64,000 bases of DNA from Spirochaetia bacterium (GTDB lineage: Bacteria; Spirochaetota; Spirochaetia; DSM-2461): positions 3,008,001-3,072,000 of the forward strand of contig CAXXIA010000002.1 in the NCBI GenBank assembly GCA_963666985.2, in the 5' to 3' direction. Each line of letters opens with the position of its first letter. Within the stretch, counting starts at the first letter, position 1. Shown here piece by piece: positions 8,959 to 19,200 of the stretch. The notes beneath the pieces were generated by a model. It had not been told where the DNA came from. It worked only from the letters and a program-made list of their open reading frames with translations, and made no database searches. Position numbers and translations under genes: made by a program.

Positions 8959-11789
8959 GTTCCTGCGGGTACTTCGACGATGAGCGGTGCGAGTATGTGA
9001 TTCGGACGCCGAAGACGCCGGTGCGGTGGATTAACTACATCGGGACGCGGTCCTTCGGCGGCTTCGTGGATCAGACGGGTGCCGGGGTGATCTGCAGGGA
9101 TGATCCGGGTTTGAACCGAATCGTGAAGTATCTGCCGCAGAGGCCGCAGTCCGATTTCAACGGGGAGACGGTGTATCTGCGGGAGCGGGTCGGCGGGGGT
9201 GGAGCGAGCGACGGCGGCCGGGTTTCCGGCGGCGATGAAGATGTGCTCGGCGACGGGAGTGCTGCCGGAATCGGCGAGGCGGCCGGGACCGATGCGGGAA
9301 CGGCGGGGAACGGCGGGCTTCGGGGGTCATCCTGTAAACTCTTCAGCCCTTTCTTCGTACCGACGCTGAGGGAGCCCGAAGCGTGGGAATGCCGCGTGGG
9401 GCTGGGGCGCAGCGACTGGGACGTGCTGACGGATGGAATCCGGGTTCGCGTAACGGTGTTCGTGCCGCCGGGGGCCGATTATGTTGTGCGGCGTTATGTT
9501 GTGTCGAATGAATCTGAGAGGCCTCGCGAGCTGGATGTTGTTCCGGTGGTTGAGTTCAGTCATTTTGATGCTTTGAAACAATTTACGAATGCGGACTGGG
9601 TGCCGCAGACGATGCAGGCTTCGGCGCTGCGCCGTTCGGACGGGTCGCTCGCGGGGGTGAAGCAGGCGGCGTTCATGATGAAGGGGCGCGCGGAAAATTG
9701 GTTTGCCGCTGTTGGGGCGCCGGTGAGTTCGTTCGAGACCGACCGGGAGGTTTTCCTGGGGGATTACGGGTTCGGCGGGTGGCGGAATCCCGGGGCGCTT
9801 GTCGGCGGATCGGGAGAGGTTCCGGACTGCGCGGGCGGCGTGTGCGGCGGAAGCATTGCCGGCGGCACAAATGCCGGAGAATCGGTTGGGAATGGTGCCT
9901 CCGCTGTTGAATCCGCGGCGGGTTCGGCGGGCGGATTAGACGCAAAATCGGTTCCGGCAGAACTGTCGAACGGGGAAGCCCTGCGGGGCAACAATATCGC
10001 CGCTCTGATGATTCATCTCGGCACCCTGGCGCCGGGCGAATCGCGAACGGTAACGACGCTTCTGGGCCAGTCTCCCGACGCGGCGGCCATGGCCGATCAA
10101 GTAGACGCATTAGGCGGCTCCGATGCGGTGGAGGCCGGCCTGAAGGAGTTGGCGGCCGCCTGGGAGGATTCGCTGGGCCGCTTCCGCGCGGAAACTCCTT
10201 CGGCCGAAATGAACAGCTTGGTGAACATTCATAACGCCCGCCAGTGCCGCATCACCGCGAACTGGTCGCGCTACCTTTCTCTCTACCAGCTGGGTCTTGG
10301 CGCCCGGGGTATGGGCTTCCGGGATACCAGTCAGGATACGATGGGCATCCTTCATGCCGCGCCCGAAGAGGCCCGCTTTCTTCTGCGCCTGCTTCTTTCG
10401 GTGCAGAAGAGAGACGGATCGGCGATGCATCAGTTCTTTCCCCTCACCATGGAAGCCAACGAGGGCGATTCCCGGGAAGACCCCGAGAGGCCCGATTTTT
10501 ACGGGGACGATCATCTCTGGGCGGTTCTGGCAACGTGCGCCTATCTTCGGGAAACAGGCGATTACGCTTTTCTTGACGAAGCGATACCGTTTTATGAAAA
10601 AAACAGGGATGGGCGGCCGCTGGAAAGCGCTCCGGTGCGGGAGCATCTGCGGCGGGCCCTGGCGTTCACGCGCTCTCACACGGGGGCGCACGGGCTGCCC
10701 CTTCTGGGGTTCGCGGACTGGAACGACACGATGAATCTGCCCACGGGTTCCGAGTCCATGATGATCGCGAATCTCTATGGCGCGGCTTTGATGGAAGTGG
10801 AGTCTCTTTTGGTTTTCCTGACCCCCGAGGGCGATTCGTCGGAGAGGGATACGGCGCTTCGCTCTTCGAGGGGCGGCGGCTCGGAGGGGGCACGGGCCGT
10901 CGGTGGGGCAGAGGGCGCTTCCGGAATTACGGCGGCGCCTTCCGCGCCCGAAAATGACGCTTCATGGCTCACCTGGATCAGGGAAGCCTGGGCGGAAATG
11001 GCCGCCGTATTTCGCCGCGAAGCCTGGGACGGAGAGTGGTGGCGCCGCTGGTACGACGAAGAAGGCAATCCCCTCGGTTCGGCGGAAAACGAGGCCGGGA
11101 AAATCTGGCTCAACGCCCAGAGCTGGCCGGTTCTTTCCGGCTTCGCCATCGGCGATCAGGCCTTGCGGGCCATGAACAGCGCTTTCGAAAAGCTCAACAC
11201 CAAGCACGGACTCAAGCTCTCGTGGCCCGGCTATAACGGCTTTGATGAAAGACTCGGCGGTGCTTCCACTTATCCTCCGGGCGCCAAAGAAAACGGGGGA
11301 ATCTTTCTTCATTCCAATCCCTGGGCCGTCATCGCCGAAACCCTCTTGGGCCGCGGTGAGCGGGCCTGGCGGTATTACGAGCAGATTAACCCGGCGCGCC
11401 GGAACGACTGCATCGAAGAGTTCGAGGTAGAGCCCTACTGCTACCCCCAGAACATTCTCGGAGATGAGCATCCTCAGCACGGACTTGGAAGAAACTCCTG
11501 GCTCTCGGGAACCGCGAGCTGGTGCTGGCAGGCCGCCACTCAGTACATCCTCGGCATCAGGCCCGAGCACGGAGGTCTTTCCGTGAATCCCTGCATCCCT
11601 CCCTCTTGGAAAGGGTTCCGGGTGAACCGAACCTTCCGCGGCGCCGTCTACGAGATAACCGTGGAAAATCCGAAAGAGGTTTCCAAAGGCGTGGCGTCGT
11701 TGCTGGTCGACGGCCGGGAAATTAAGGGAGTGTTGGTTCCGGTTGCCGAGGCCGGCCGAACCGTGGAAGTGCGCGCCGTGCTTGGGTGA
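8955..11789 (+). CDS. Second GH94 glycoside phosphorylase, substrate uncertain, with three low-complexity insertions
   Basis: GTGA overlap with the upstream gene; WINYIG, RGMGFRDTSQD, GFADWND, KENGGIFLH, SWLSGTA. Confidence 0.88.
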   Translation: MSSCGYFDDERCEYVIRTPKTPVRWINYIGTRSFGGFVDQTGAGVICRDDPGLNRIVKYLPQRPQSDFNGETVYLRERVGGGGASDGGRVSGGDEDVLGDGSAAGIGEAAGTDAGTAGNGGLRGSSCKLFSPFFVPTLREPEAWECRVGLGRSDWDVLTDGIRVRVTVFVPPGADYVVRRYVVSNESERPRELDVVPVVEFSHFDALKQFTNADWVPQTMQASALRRSDGSLAGVKQAAFMMKGRAENWFAAVGAPVSSFETDREVFLGDYGFGGWRNPGALVGGSGEVPDCAGGVCGGSIAGGTNAGESVGNGASAVESAAGSAGGLDAKSVPAELSNGEALRGNNIAALMIHLGTLAPGESRTVTTLLGQSPDAAAMADQVDALGGSDAVEAGLKELAAAWEDSLGRFRAETPSAEMNSLVNIHNARQCRITANWSRYLSLYQLGLGARGMGFRDTSQDTMGILHAAPEEARFLLRLLLSVQKRDGSAMHQFFPLTMEANEGDSREDPERPDFYGDDHLWAVLATCAYLRETGDYAFLDEAIPFYEKNRDGRPLESAPVREHLRRALAFTRSHTGAHGLPLLGFADWNDTMNLPTGSESMMIANLYGAALMEVESLLVFLTPEGDSSERDTALRSSRGGGSEGARAVGGAEGASGITAAPSAPENDASWLTWIREAWAEMAAVFRREAWDGEWWRRWYDEEGNPLGSAENEAGKIWLNAQSWPVLSGFAIGDQALRAMNSAFEKLNTKHGLKLSWPGYNGFDERLGGASTYPPGAKENGGIFLHSNPWAVIAETLLGRGERAWRYYEQINPARRNDCIEEFEVEPYCYPQNILGDEHPQHGLGRNSWLSGTASWCWQAATQYILGIRPEHGGLSVNPCIPPSWKGFRVNRTFRGAVYEITVENPKEVSKGVASLLVDGREIKGVLVPVAEAGRTVEVRAVLG

Positions 11790-11953
11790 AAGAGCACTGA
11801 ATCCGGTGCCGTCGGCGGCTTTTGAAGAGATCGAATCCCATCCTGCGCCGGCGGTTCTGATTTCAGCCGCGCCGAGGGAGAAGATTCAGGTTCTCACCGT
11901 GCATAGGCGGCGGTTAAGGAATCGCGCCTGAGAACCAGAAGCGGAGTTCATCC

Positions 11954-12646
11954 TCAATAGACAAATTCCATGCGGATGCCGCCGGCCTTATGGATAATCA
12001 TTCGTCCGGCGAATTCCATCTCCATCACATTCGGCATCCATGTCCCCTTCGGTCCCGGAGATGCTTCCAGATGATAGGTCATTGATGAGATGAGCTGAGG
12101 AGTTTCCGTTAGAGAGCTTATGATTCTCAGCGGCATTCCGCTCTCCAAATCGAGAAACATGACTCCTTCTTCCACCACCGGCTTCGGGTCGCCTGAGCCC
12201 ATTTCCCATTCGTCTTCAAAGCGGTAATCGTAGATGCGGCATGTTCGCCCTTCGATCATTCCGGTGAGGGAACGCGGATGGAGTGTCAGGCCGTCGGCCT
12301 TTTCGGGATTGAACATTTGGTGCAGGCGGAACGGTTCGTTGTCATTGTTCCGGCGTCTGTTTTTTCTCAGTTCCCTCTCGGTAACGTCTTTTCCGTCTTC
12401 TTGCGCCGATATGATGACGTATCGTCCCTCGGTTTCATTCCAGGAGAGTTCGATAACGGTTTCCGCGATCATCTCTCCGTCGCGATTATTTTCTTGATTG
12501 GTCATAATGAGGGTGGGGGCTCGGAGTGTGTTTTCCGGAGATACGCGGAACATGGCCTGCTCCCAAAGTTCGTCCGCGGCCGCTATTCCGGATATAAGGC
12601 CGCTCATGAGCAGGACGGCTGCCGTTAGACGTATAGGAAAATTCAT
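11954..12646 (-). CDS. Secreted hypothetical protein
   Basis: Start moved to ATG 12646; signal peptide MNFPIRLTAAVLLMSGLISGIAAA. Confidence 0.7.
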   Translation of the reverse strand: MNFPIRLTAAVLLMSGLISGIAAADELWEQAMFRVSPENTLRAPTLIMTNQENNRDGEMIAETVIELSWNETEGRYVIISAQEDGKDVTERELRKNRRRNNDNEPFRLHQMFNPEKADGLTLHPRSLTGMIEGRTCRIYDYRFEDEWEMGSGDPKPVVEEGVMFLDLESGMPLRIISSLTETPQLISSMTYHLEASPGPKGTWMPNVMEMEFAGRMIIHKAGGIRMEFVY

Positions 12647-12809
12647 ATGTGGAATATAATTCCCGTAGGGCGCGGCGGCCAGATCTTTTCGGCTTTTTTG
12701 GATTGCCGGAGACCAGCTGGAAACACCGGCTGCGGAATCATCTCTATCCGTTATCCGTACCCCCACGCGGTTCTCCGGAGTCCCTCCGCCGGATTGCCTC
12801 GGCCGTTTT

Positions 12810-13592
12810 TTATATTCGCGCGCCCATGCGGTTCCCCGAGGAATAGCGGCGAAGTCCCAGTTGGAAAATCCCAAAGGCCGCAAGGACCAGCACCGTATCC
12901 GCCGCGAGCAGCAGAAGCATCTTCCCGGCGGAGAAAGAACGGAAGAGTTCCGCCGGTATCCAGGCCACCAGGGCCGACGGCACGGCGAAGGTTAAAAGCG
13001 CCCTTACCGGCGGCGGGAATAAGGTCGGCGGATAGAGCGTGAAGCTGAGCAGCATCTCATCAAGCGTAAACACCAAGCCTTCGGCGTTGTGCAGCCAGAA
13101 ACTTAAGGAATGGAAAATCAGACGGGCGGCCGCCATGGCAATCGCCCCGAGGATGCTCAGAAGCAAAAAGAGCAGCATCGGTCCGGGTTTGAGCGGCTGG
13201 GTGAAGGCATAGACGATAATCCCGTAGAGAATGTCGCCCCAGCCCGCCACCGCCATGCGGCTGCATGCCGCGTTCAGCGCCACGGGTCTGGGCTGGGTCA
13301 GATACACATCGAGATCGCCCGAAACAATGATGGCGGACAAGTGAGGGATGTTGCCCGCGAAGATCTGTCCCAGGCCGTACACGGCGGCGACAAGGGCCCA
13401 GAGGAACATTACGTCGTTAAAACCCCATCCGCCGAGGTCTCCCGCGTGGTCATAGAGAACGCGCCAGAAGACGATGAACATGGCGTTGTTCAGAGCCATG
13501 CCGAAAACCTGCATGAGAAAGCTGGCCCGGTAGGCCATGCCTGATGAAAGGTTGAACTTAAAATACGCGGCGAGCATACGCACTGTTTTCAT
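12810..13592 (-). CDS. ABC-2 exporter permease (DUF990/ABC2_membrane_6-like)
   Basis: MAYRASF, GGW, GDLDVYLTQP, YP motifs; about 6 TM. Confidence 0.85.
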   Translation of the reverse strand: MKTVRMLAAYFKFNLSSGMAYRASFLMQVFGMALNNAMFIVFWRVLYDHAGDLGGWGFNDVMFLWALVAAVYGLGQIFAGNIPHLSAIIVSGDLDVYLTQPRPVALNAACSRMAVAGWGDILYGIIVYAFTQPLKPGPMLLFLLLSILGAIAMAAARLIFHSLSFWLHNAEGLVFTLDEMLLSFTLYPPTLFPPPVRALLTFAVPSALVAWIPAELFRSFSAGKMLLLLAADTVLVLAAFGIFQLGLRRYSSGNRMGARI

Positions 13593-13593
13593 C

Positions 13594-14385
13594 TCAGCCT
13601 CCCTGCACTTCGATTCGCCTGATACTTCCCCGGTAAACCGTAAGGATGATCAGTCCCAAAACAACACCCCAAAAAACCTGGCCTCCCGCCGCCCGGAGAA
13701 ACAGGGCACCATTCATCACCGTTACCGTTCCCGGCCAGTGGGCCACATGCGCGAACGGCAGAACCTTGAGAACGGCCGCGAAACGTGCGGGGTAGAGATC
13801 CAGCGGGAAATACAGGCCGCCGAAGATGAAGATGATCTTCTGCAGAATCCAGTAGAGCGGCGTGACGTCTTCCATCACGAAAGCCGCCAAACCCACGAGC
13901 ATTTCCATTTGCGCCATGAGAACCAGAGCTCCCGCCGAGAGGAGCAGCCCCGATGCCATGCCCGCGACGCCGGAGGGAAATCCGCCCGCGGTAAGCCGGG
14001 CCGTCAGCGATCCCAGAATGATGACCGGCAGCAGACGCAAGGCTCCCTCGCCCAGAAAACGCATCATTACGATTCTCGGGTAGGGCAGGGGGCGGACGAG
14101 TCCGTAGGCCACGGTTCCGTCCTTGACTTCCCGCTGCACGGTGGGCCAGAGTTCTGATTTCCCGAAAATAACCGCTTCGGTGACGACGAGGTACCAGACC
14201 ATCCGGCACAGGTCGAACCCCGCGATTTCGAAGCGATCCGCATAGACTTTTTTCCACAGCGACGCGAAGACGTAGAGAATCACAATCAGAAAAAGATTGC
14301 GCAGTATAAAGGTTTTAAGATAGGCCCACTGATTCCGGATACCCAGCCCCATCAGAGCCAGAGACGGCGAACGGGAGAGACTCAT
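13594..14385 (-). CDS. ABC-2 exporter permease
   Basis: Start at ATG 14385 overlapping the ATPase stop; EVKDGTVAYGLVRP, FGGLYFPLDLYP. Confidence 0.85.
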   Translation of the reverse strand: MSLSRSPSLALMGLGIRNQWAYLKTFILRNLFLIVILYVFASLWKKVYADRFEIAGFDLCRMVWYLVVTEAVIFGKSELWPTVQREVKDGTVAYGLVRPLPYPRIVMMRFLGEGALRLLPVIILGSLTARLTAGGFPSGVAGMASGLLLSAGALVLMAQMEMLVGLAAFVMEDVTPLYWILQKIIFIFGGLYFPLDLYPARFAAVLKVLPFAHVAHWPGTVTVMNGALFLRAAGGQVFWGVVLGLIILTVYRGSIRRIEVQGG

Positions 14386-15383
14386 AAGGCGCCCCCTTTC
14401 AATTCTCCGTTGTAGATTCTCGCGATGATATCTTCCAGCGGTGTCGCGGCGACGGTGATGTCCGCCACCGGATGGGAGCCTGTAATTGTGTTGATCACCG
14501 AAGCCGTATCGATTGAATCGAGGTTCACTTCGAGTTTGAGGCTCCATTCCCGTTCCTTGAGTACCGTTACGCCCTCCATCGCCGGAACGCAGGGTCCCGG
14601 CTCGGCGAATTTTACGTCGATAATTCGGGTGTTCAGCAGTGAATACTTCAGGTCTTTAACGGTGCCTTCCCATACCGTGCGTCCCTCGTCGATCACCACG
14701 GCCCGCCGTCCGAGGCTCTCGATATCGCCCGCGTCGTGGGAAGTGAGAAACACGGTGACTCCCGAATCCTCGTTAATCCGGCGGATCAGTTCCCTCAGGC
14801 GTTTTTTCGCCACCACGTCCAGGCCGATGCTCGGTTCGTCCAGAAACAGGATTTCCGGTTCATGAATGAGCCCCGCGGCGATTTCACAGCGGATTCTCTG
14901 CCCCAGCGACAGCTTACGCGTCGGCACGTCCATGAAGTCGGTAATCTCGAAGGCCTCCGAAAGGTAGGCGATACGTTTCTCGGCTTCCCTGCGGGGAATC
15001 CCGTAGATGGTGCCCAAAAGATTGAAGGTATCGGCAGGCGGCAGATGAAACCAAAGCTGACTCTTCTGACCGAAGACCGTGCCGATTTTATACGCCAGGC
15101 GTTTTCGGTCCGTGTGGGGATTAAGTCCGAGAACATCGATCTCGCCCGAATCGGGATAGAGAATGCCCGTAAGCATTTTGATGGTTGTGGATTTCCCGGC
15201 GCCGTTGGGTCCGATAAGAGCCAGCATGTCGCCTCTTTCCACCTCCAGACCAAGATTTGAAACGGCTTCGGTCTCTTTCCATTGGGGCCTCAGGAGAGTC
15301 CGGACCGACGCCTTCAGACCGGGATTCTTAACGCGGCTGCGAAAGCTCTTTTGTAATCCTGCTGTTCTGATAACCGTTTCCAT
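14382..15383 (-). CDS. ABC exporter ATP-binding protein (DrrA-like)
   Basis: GPNGAGKST, LSLGQR, LFLDEP, TSHD. Confidence 0.93.
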   Translation of the reverse strand: METVIRTAGLQKSFRSRVKNPGLKASVRTLLRPQWKETEAVSNLGLEVERGDMLALIGPNGAGKSTTIKMLTGILYPDSGEIDVLGLNPHTDRKRLAYKIGTVFGQKSQLWFHLPPADTFNLLGTIYGIPRREAEKRIAYLSEAFEITDFMDVPTRKLSLGQRIRCEIAAGLIHEPEILFLDEPSIGLDVVAKKRLRELIRRINEDSGVTVFLTSHDAGDIESLGRRAVVIDEGRTVWEGTVKDLKYSLLNTRIIDVKFAEPGPCVPAMEGVTVLKEREWSLKLEVNLDSIDTASVINTITGSHPVADITVAATPLEDIIARIYNGELKGGAL

Positions 15384-15472
15384 GTTTCGCTCCTTTTCGC
15401 TTCGCGGTGCTTGAGCCGCCGTTATTCTTTCCCATGGCGATCCGCGATACCGCTTTCGCGGCTTTGCAAATC

Positions 15473-15511
15473 AAAAAAAAAGCCCGCGATCCATTCGATT
15501 GGACCGCGGGC
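15473..15511 (-). terminator. Intrinsic terminator (attenuator) in the exporter 5' leader
   Basis: Minus strand GCCCGCGGUCCA-AUCGAA-UGGAUCGCGGGC followed by 9 U. Confidence 0.85.
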
Positions 15512-15538
15512 CGTTATTTCACAATAAATAAACGACGC

Positions 15539-15607
15539 CTAGGTCCCTCCCCTAAAGGGGACGATGACGAGAGAAAACATCTTGTCTGTATAGTACGCCG
15601 TTTTCAT
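15539..15607 (-). CDS. Putative 22-aa leader peptide MKTAYYTDKMFSLVIVPFRGGT
   Basis: ATG 15607 to TAG 15539, between a consensus promoter and the terminator. Confidence 0.65.
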   Translation of the reverse strand: MKTAYYTDKMFSLVIVPFRGGT

Positions 15608-15614
15608 TGATGTG

Positions 15615-15644
15615 AAGCTAACCTTTGAACGTTGGTTATGTCAA
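15615..15644 (-). promoter_or_regulatory. Sigma70-type promoter for the leader/exporter operon
   Basis: TTGACA-N18-TAGCTT, 7 nt before the leader ATG. Confidence 0.7.
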
Positions 15645-15764
15645 CTGTAAGGGGGCGTTTTCTAACGGAAGCTGATACTTTGAGCCCAGACGAATAAGTT
15701 AAAGAACACGGTCTAAAAATATTTCATTATCGGTAGATTCAGAATCAGTTTTCGGACAATTCCT

Positions 15765-15977
15765 TTAAGCAAGAATCTCGGCGGCCCTTTCTTTCTGGCT
15801 TGGAAAAAGATCGGACGGTACCGCTTCTTTTCCCAATTTTGTAAAGACCATGTATCGAGCGCATTTACTGGAGTCGCCTTGGCAATATTTCTTCTTCATC
15901 ATGTTTGCCATGGCGGGCGTATTTGCCATTTTGTCATTGAAAAACGGACATCCGGCAATACAGACACAATCGGCCAT
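15765..15977 (-). CDS. Small Cys-rich hypothetical protein (70 aa)
   Basis: AGGAGG SD; CVCIAGCPFF...YCQGDSSKCARY...VPSDLFP. Confidence 0.8.
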   Translation of the reverse strand: MADCVCIAGCPFFNDKMANTPAMANMMKKKYCQGDSSKCARYMVFTKLGKEAVPSDLFPSQKERAAEILA

Positions 15978-15998
15978 AAAGTCCCTCCTGTTGAATAA

Positions 15999-16026
15999 AG
16001 TCTATGACTGCATATCACAGTGTCAA
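15999..16026 (-). promoter_or_regulatory. Sigma70-type promoter for the small Cys-rich gene
   Basis: TTGACA-N16-TAGACT. Confidence 0.6.
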
Positions 16027-16250
16027 TAACCGCTATTCACTGATAAACGTAAGAAAAGAAGTTTTCCGTGCCTCTCTGATTCGGAATAATCCGTTGAAAG
16101 AGCATTCCGGGCACACCTTCTCAAACCGATAAATTTGATTTTGTAGAATTGATTCCTAAAACTATAAGCAACTTCAATAGCTCCGACTTAACACAATTAA
16201 TTTACTTGCAATCTTGGAAGAGGAGTTGTGAGTAAAGGTTAACGGAGCCG

Positions 16251-19200
16251 ATGAAAAAAATAAGTTTGTTTTTAGTAAATATTATTTTGATTTCTATTCT
16301 TTTCTCTTGTAATGAGATGGAAGAAAAACAGAAAAATATAATTACAAAACAAGAGCAAGACTTTCAGATTTCAAAGAAGCTCACTCAAGAGGAGAAAGCC
16401 TGGTTAAGAAAGCACCCGGATATTTCCATCGGCATCGGTGAAAGTTGGGCACCCTTTGTTTATGTTAAGAGCGACGGGAGTCTGGAGGGCTACGACGTCG
16501 ATCTTATAACCAGGATAAACGAACTGACCGGAGCCGATATCCAATTGGTTGCGGCGCAGTGGAAGGATATTGTCGAAAAGGCCGAAAACAGGGAGATCGA
16601 CGGGCTGGCGGAATCGTCCGTAACACCCTGCAGAGCCGAGAATTTCCTGTTCAGCGATCCCTACAATAAAGTCGAATACGCCGCGGCGTGTCTTCCGGCA
16701 GCGAAAGCGGTTTTTAATGGGCCGGAAGACCTTGCGGGAATGCGTATCGCCCACTTGAAGGGAAATCTATGGACTGAGAAGATCCTTGCATCGATACCCG
16801 ATGCCCGAGGCATCGAAGTTGAATCGGAGAACGGCGCGTTTAGGCTGGTTGTTCAGGAGCAGGCGGATTTCGCTCTGATTCCCGTTCATCAACTCTGTTC
16901 ACTGAGGGAGATTTATCACGAAATACTGAGCATCGCATACATTTTCAGCGAAAAAGAATTCGTTCTGAACACGGTTTATTCCATCCGCAAGGATTGGCCG
17001 GAACTCGTCGGTATTATCAATAAAGCGCTCTCTTCCATGCCTCAAACCGAAAAGAATGAACTCTTCAACAAATGGGTTCCGATAGGAACGGGTTCTGGTG
17101 CGGGCGTGCCCATACTCTCCGTACAAGATCAATTTGATATTACCCAATTCTTGATAATAAGCCTGGGAAGTGTTTTTCTTTGTACTTTTCTTATTTCCTT
17201 CATCTTCTGGTTTGTAAAAGGCCGGCTAAGGCAGCTGACAATCCGGGAAACCCTTATACAGATATTTTCTATTTTTTCGCTTCTGATTATTTCAGCGGCC
17301 GTATTCGTTATTCTTTTATCCGGCTCGCAGAATAAAGAAATCCAGGCAACCGAAAAGTACATTAAATCGAGGAATTTGGCCTTCGAGCTGAAGCAGTCGT
17401 CCGATGATCTGACCCTGTTTGCCAGGACATATGCGGTAACGGGAAATCCGATTTATGAGTATTACTTTCAAAGAATTATTGCCATTCGAGACGGAAAAGA
17501 ACCGCACCCCAAAAATTTTTCACGTTTTTTTTGGTACTATGTCATTGCAAATCCACTGGAGTTCGAGCAGAGCGGTGAAACCTACAGCATTGATGAACGT
17601 CTGAACGAACTCGGTCTTACCGCGGAAGAAAATCGTCTTCTAACCGAAGCAAAAACGAATTCCGACGACCTGATCCATCTGGAAGAAACGGCGTTTAACG
17701 CCGTGAAAGGCGTGTTTCGTGATGACGAAGGTCTCTTTACCATTAAGGGCGTTCCGGACTCTGCCCTGGCGATAAGTATTCTCTATGGAGATGAATATCA
17801 TCAGCTCAAGGCGAAGATAATGGAGCCCATTGATCATTTTTTTTCCCATGTACAGCAGAGAATAATTTATACCGAAAAGCAGCTGCAAAAACGAAACGCG
17901 GCGATTCGACTTGTGATTGTTCTTATTGTCGGCCTGACTTTCATTTATGCGATTCACGCCTTTTTCGTTTTTAGGCGGCGTCTCATACTGCCTCTTTCCA
18001 AACTGAAAAAAGGCGCGGAGGCCATTAAGGACGGCGACTTTTCCCATACGATCGGTTTCAACCGTCAAGATGAGATCGGCGCCCTGGCTACCGCATTCAA
18101 TTTAATGACCATTAGCATCGAAGAAAAAACTTCCCGCATTATCGCCACACTTGAATCAACAACGGACGGTATCATTGTCAGCGATCTCAACAGGAAAGTA
18201 ACCACATTCAACACCCGGTTTCTGGAAATATGGGGCATCGACAGGTCTTTGGCGGAAACAGGCGAAGAAGAACTTCTGCTTAACACCTGTCTCTCCCAAA
18301 TGGCGGAGCCGGAGGCTTTTCTTGATAAGGTCGAATACCTCTATAAAAATCCGGAAGATATGGATTTTGCCGCACAGGCCTTAAGAGACGGCAGAATACT
18401 GGAATGCTATTCAAGACCTCAACGGGTCGGTAATCAAATCCTCGGAAGGGTTTGGAGTTTTCGGGATATCACCGAGCGCAAAAAGTATGAGGATGATCTG
18501 AAAGAAAACCGAGAACATTTGCAGACGATTATCGACAACCTCCCGAGTTCGGTTATTCTCAAGAATCGTGAAGGACGCCATCTTCTGGTCAACAAGTTTT
18601 TTGAAGACGCAACGGGTTTTGCGGCGGATCAGCTGCTGGGGCGAACCGATGCGGAAATTTTCCCCCCTGAAATCGCCGAAACGATTATGGCGAAGGATAA
18701 AGAAGTTCTCGAAAACGGCGTTACAAGCAGGGTGGAGTGGCAATTGCCGCCTCATCCCGACGGAACGCCTCATACCTATCTGACGACGAAAGTGCCGCTG
18801 CTGAATGAGCGAAGAGAAGTTAGCGGACTGTTGGCGTTATCTACGGATATAACCAAAAGAAAATTGGATTTGGAAACGATTCGCCGAAGCGAAGCTCAAT
18901 TCAGAACTATTTTCGAGAGATCCCCGGCAGGTGTGATTCATTTCGACTCCGCCGGGAAGGTTCTCAGATGCAATTCCGAAGCCGCCGTGATTCTTGGCGG
19001 TACGATGGATGAGCTTATCGGATTCGATGCTGTAACAAGGCTTGCCAATAAGGATGTGGCCGATGCTCTGCTTTTGGCGATCAGCGGAAAAACCGCCGAA
19101 TTCGAGGGAGAATACCTTTCTGTAACAGGAGGAATCAAAGCTTGGCTTCACATAACCTTTAATCCTTTGGAACCGGAATATTCGCCCTGTGAAGTCATCT

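Noticed and set aside
11889..11936. GGTTCTCA...TGAGAACC inverted repeat as a possible MITE
   Set aside because: Only 8-bp arms, no second copy or target duplication seen; more simply a hairpin between convergent genes
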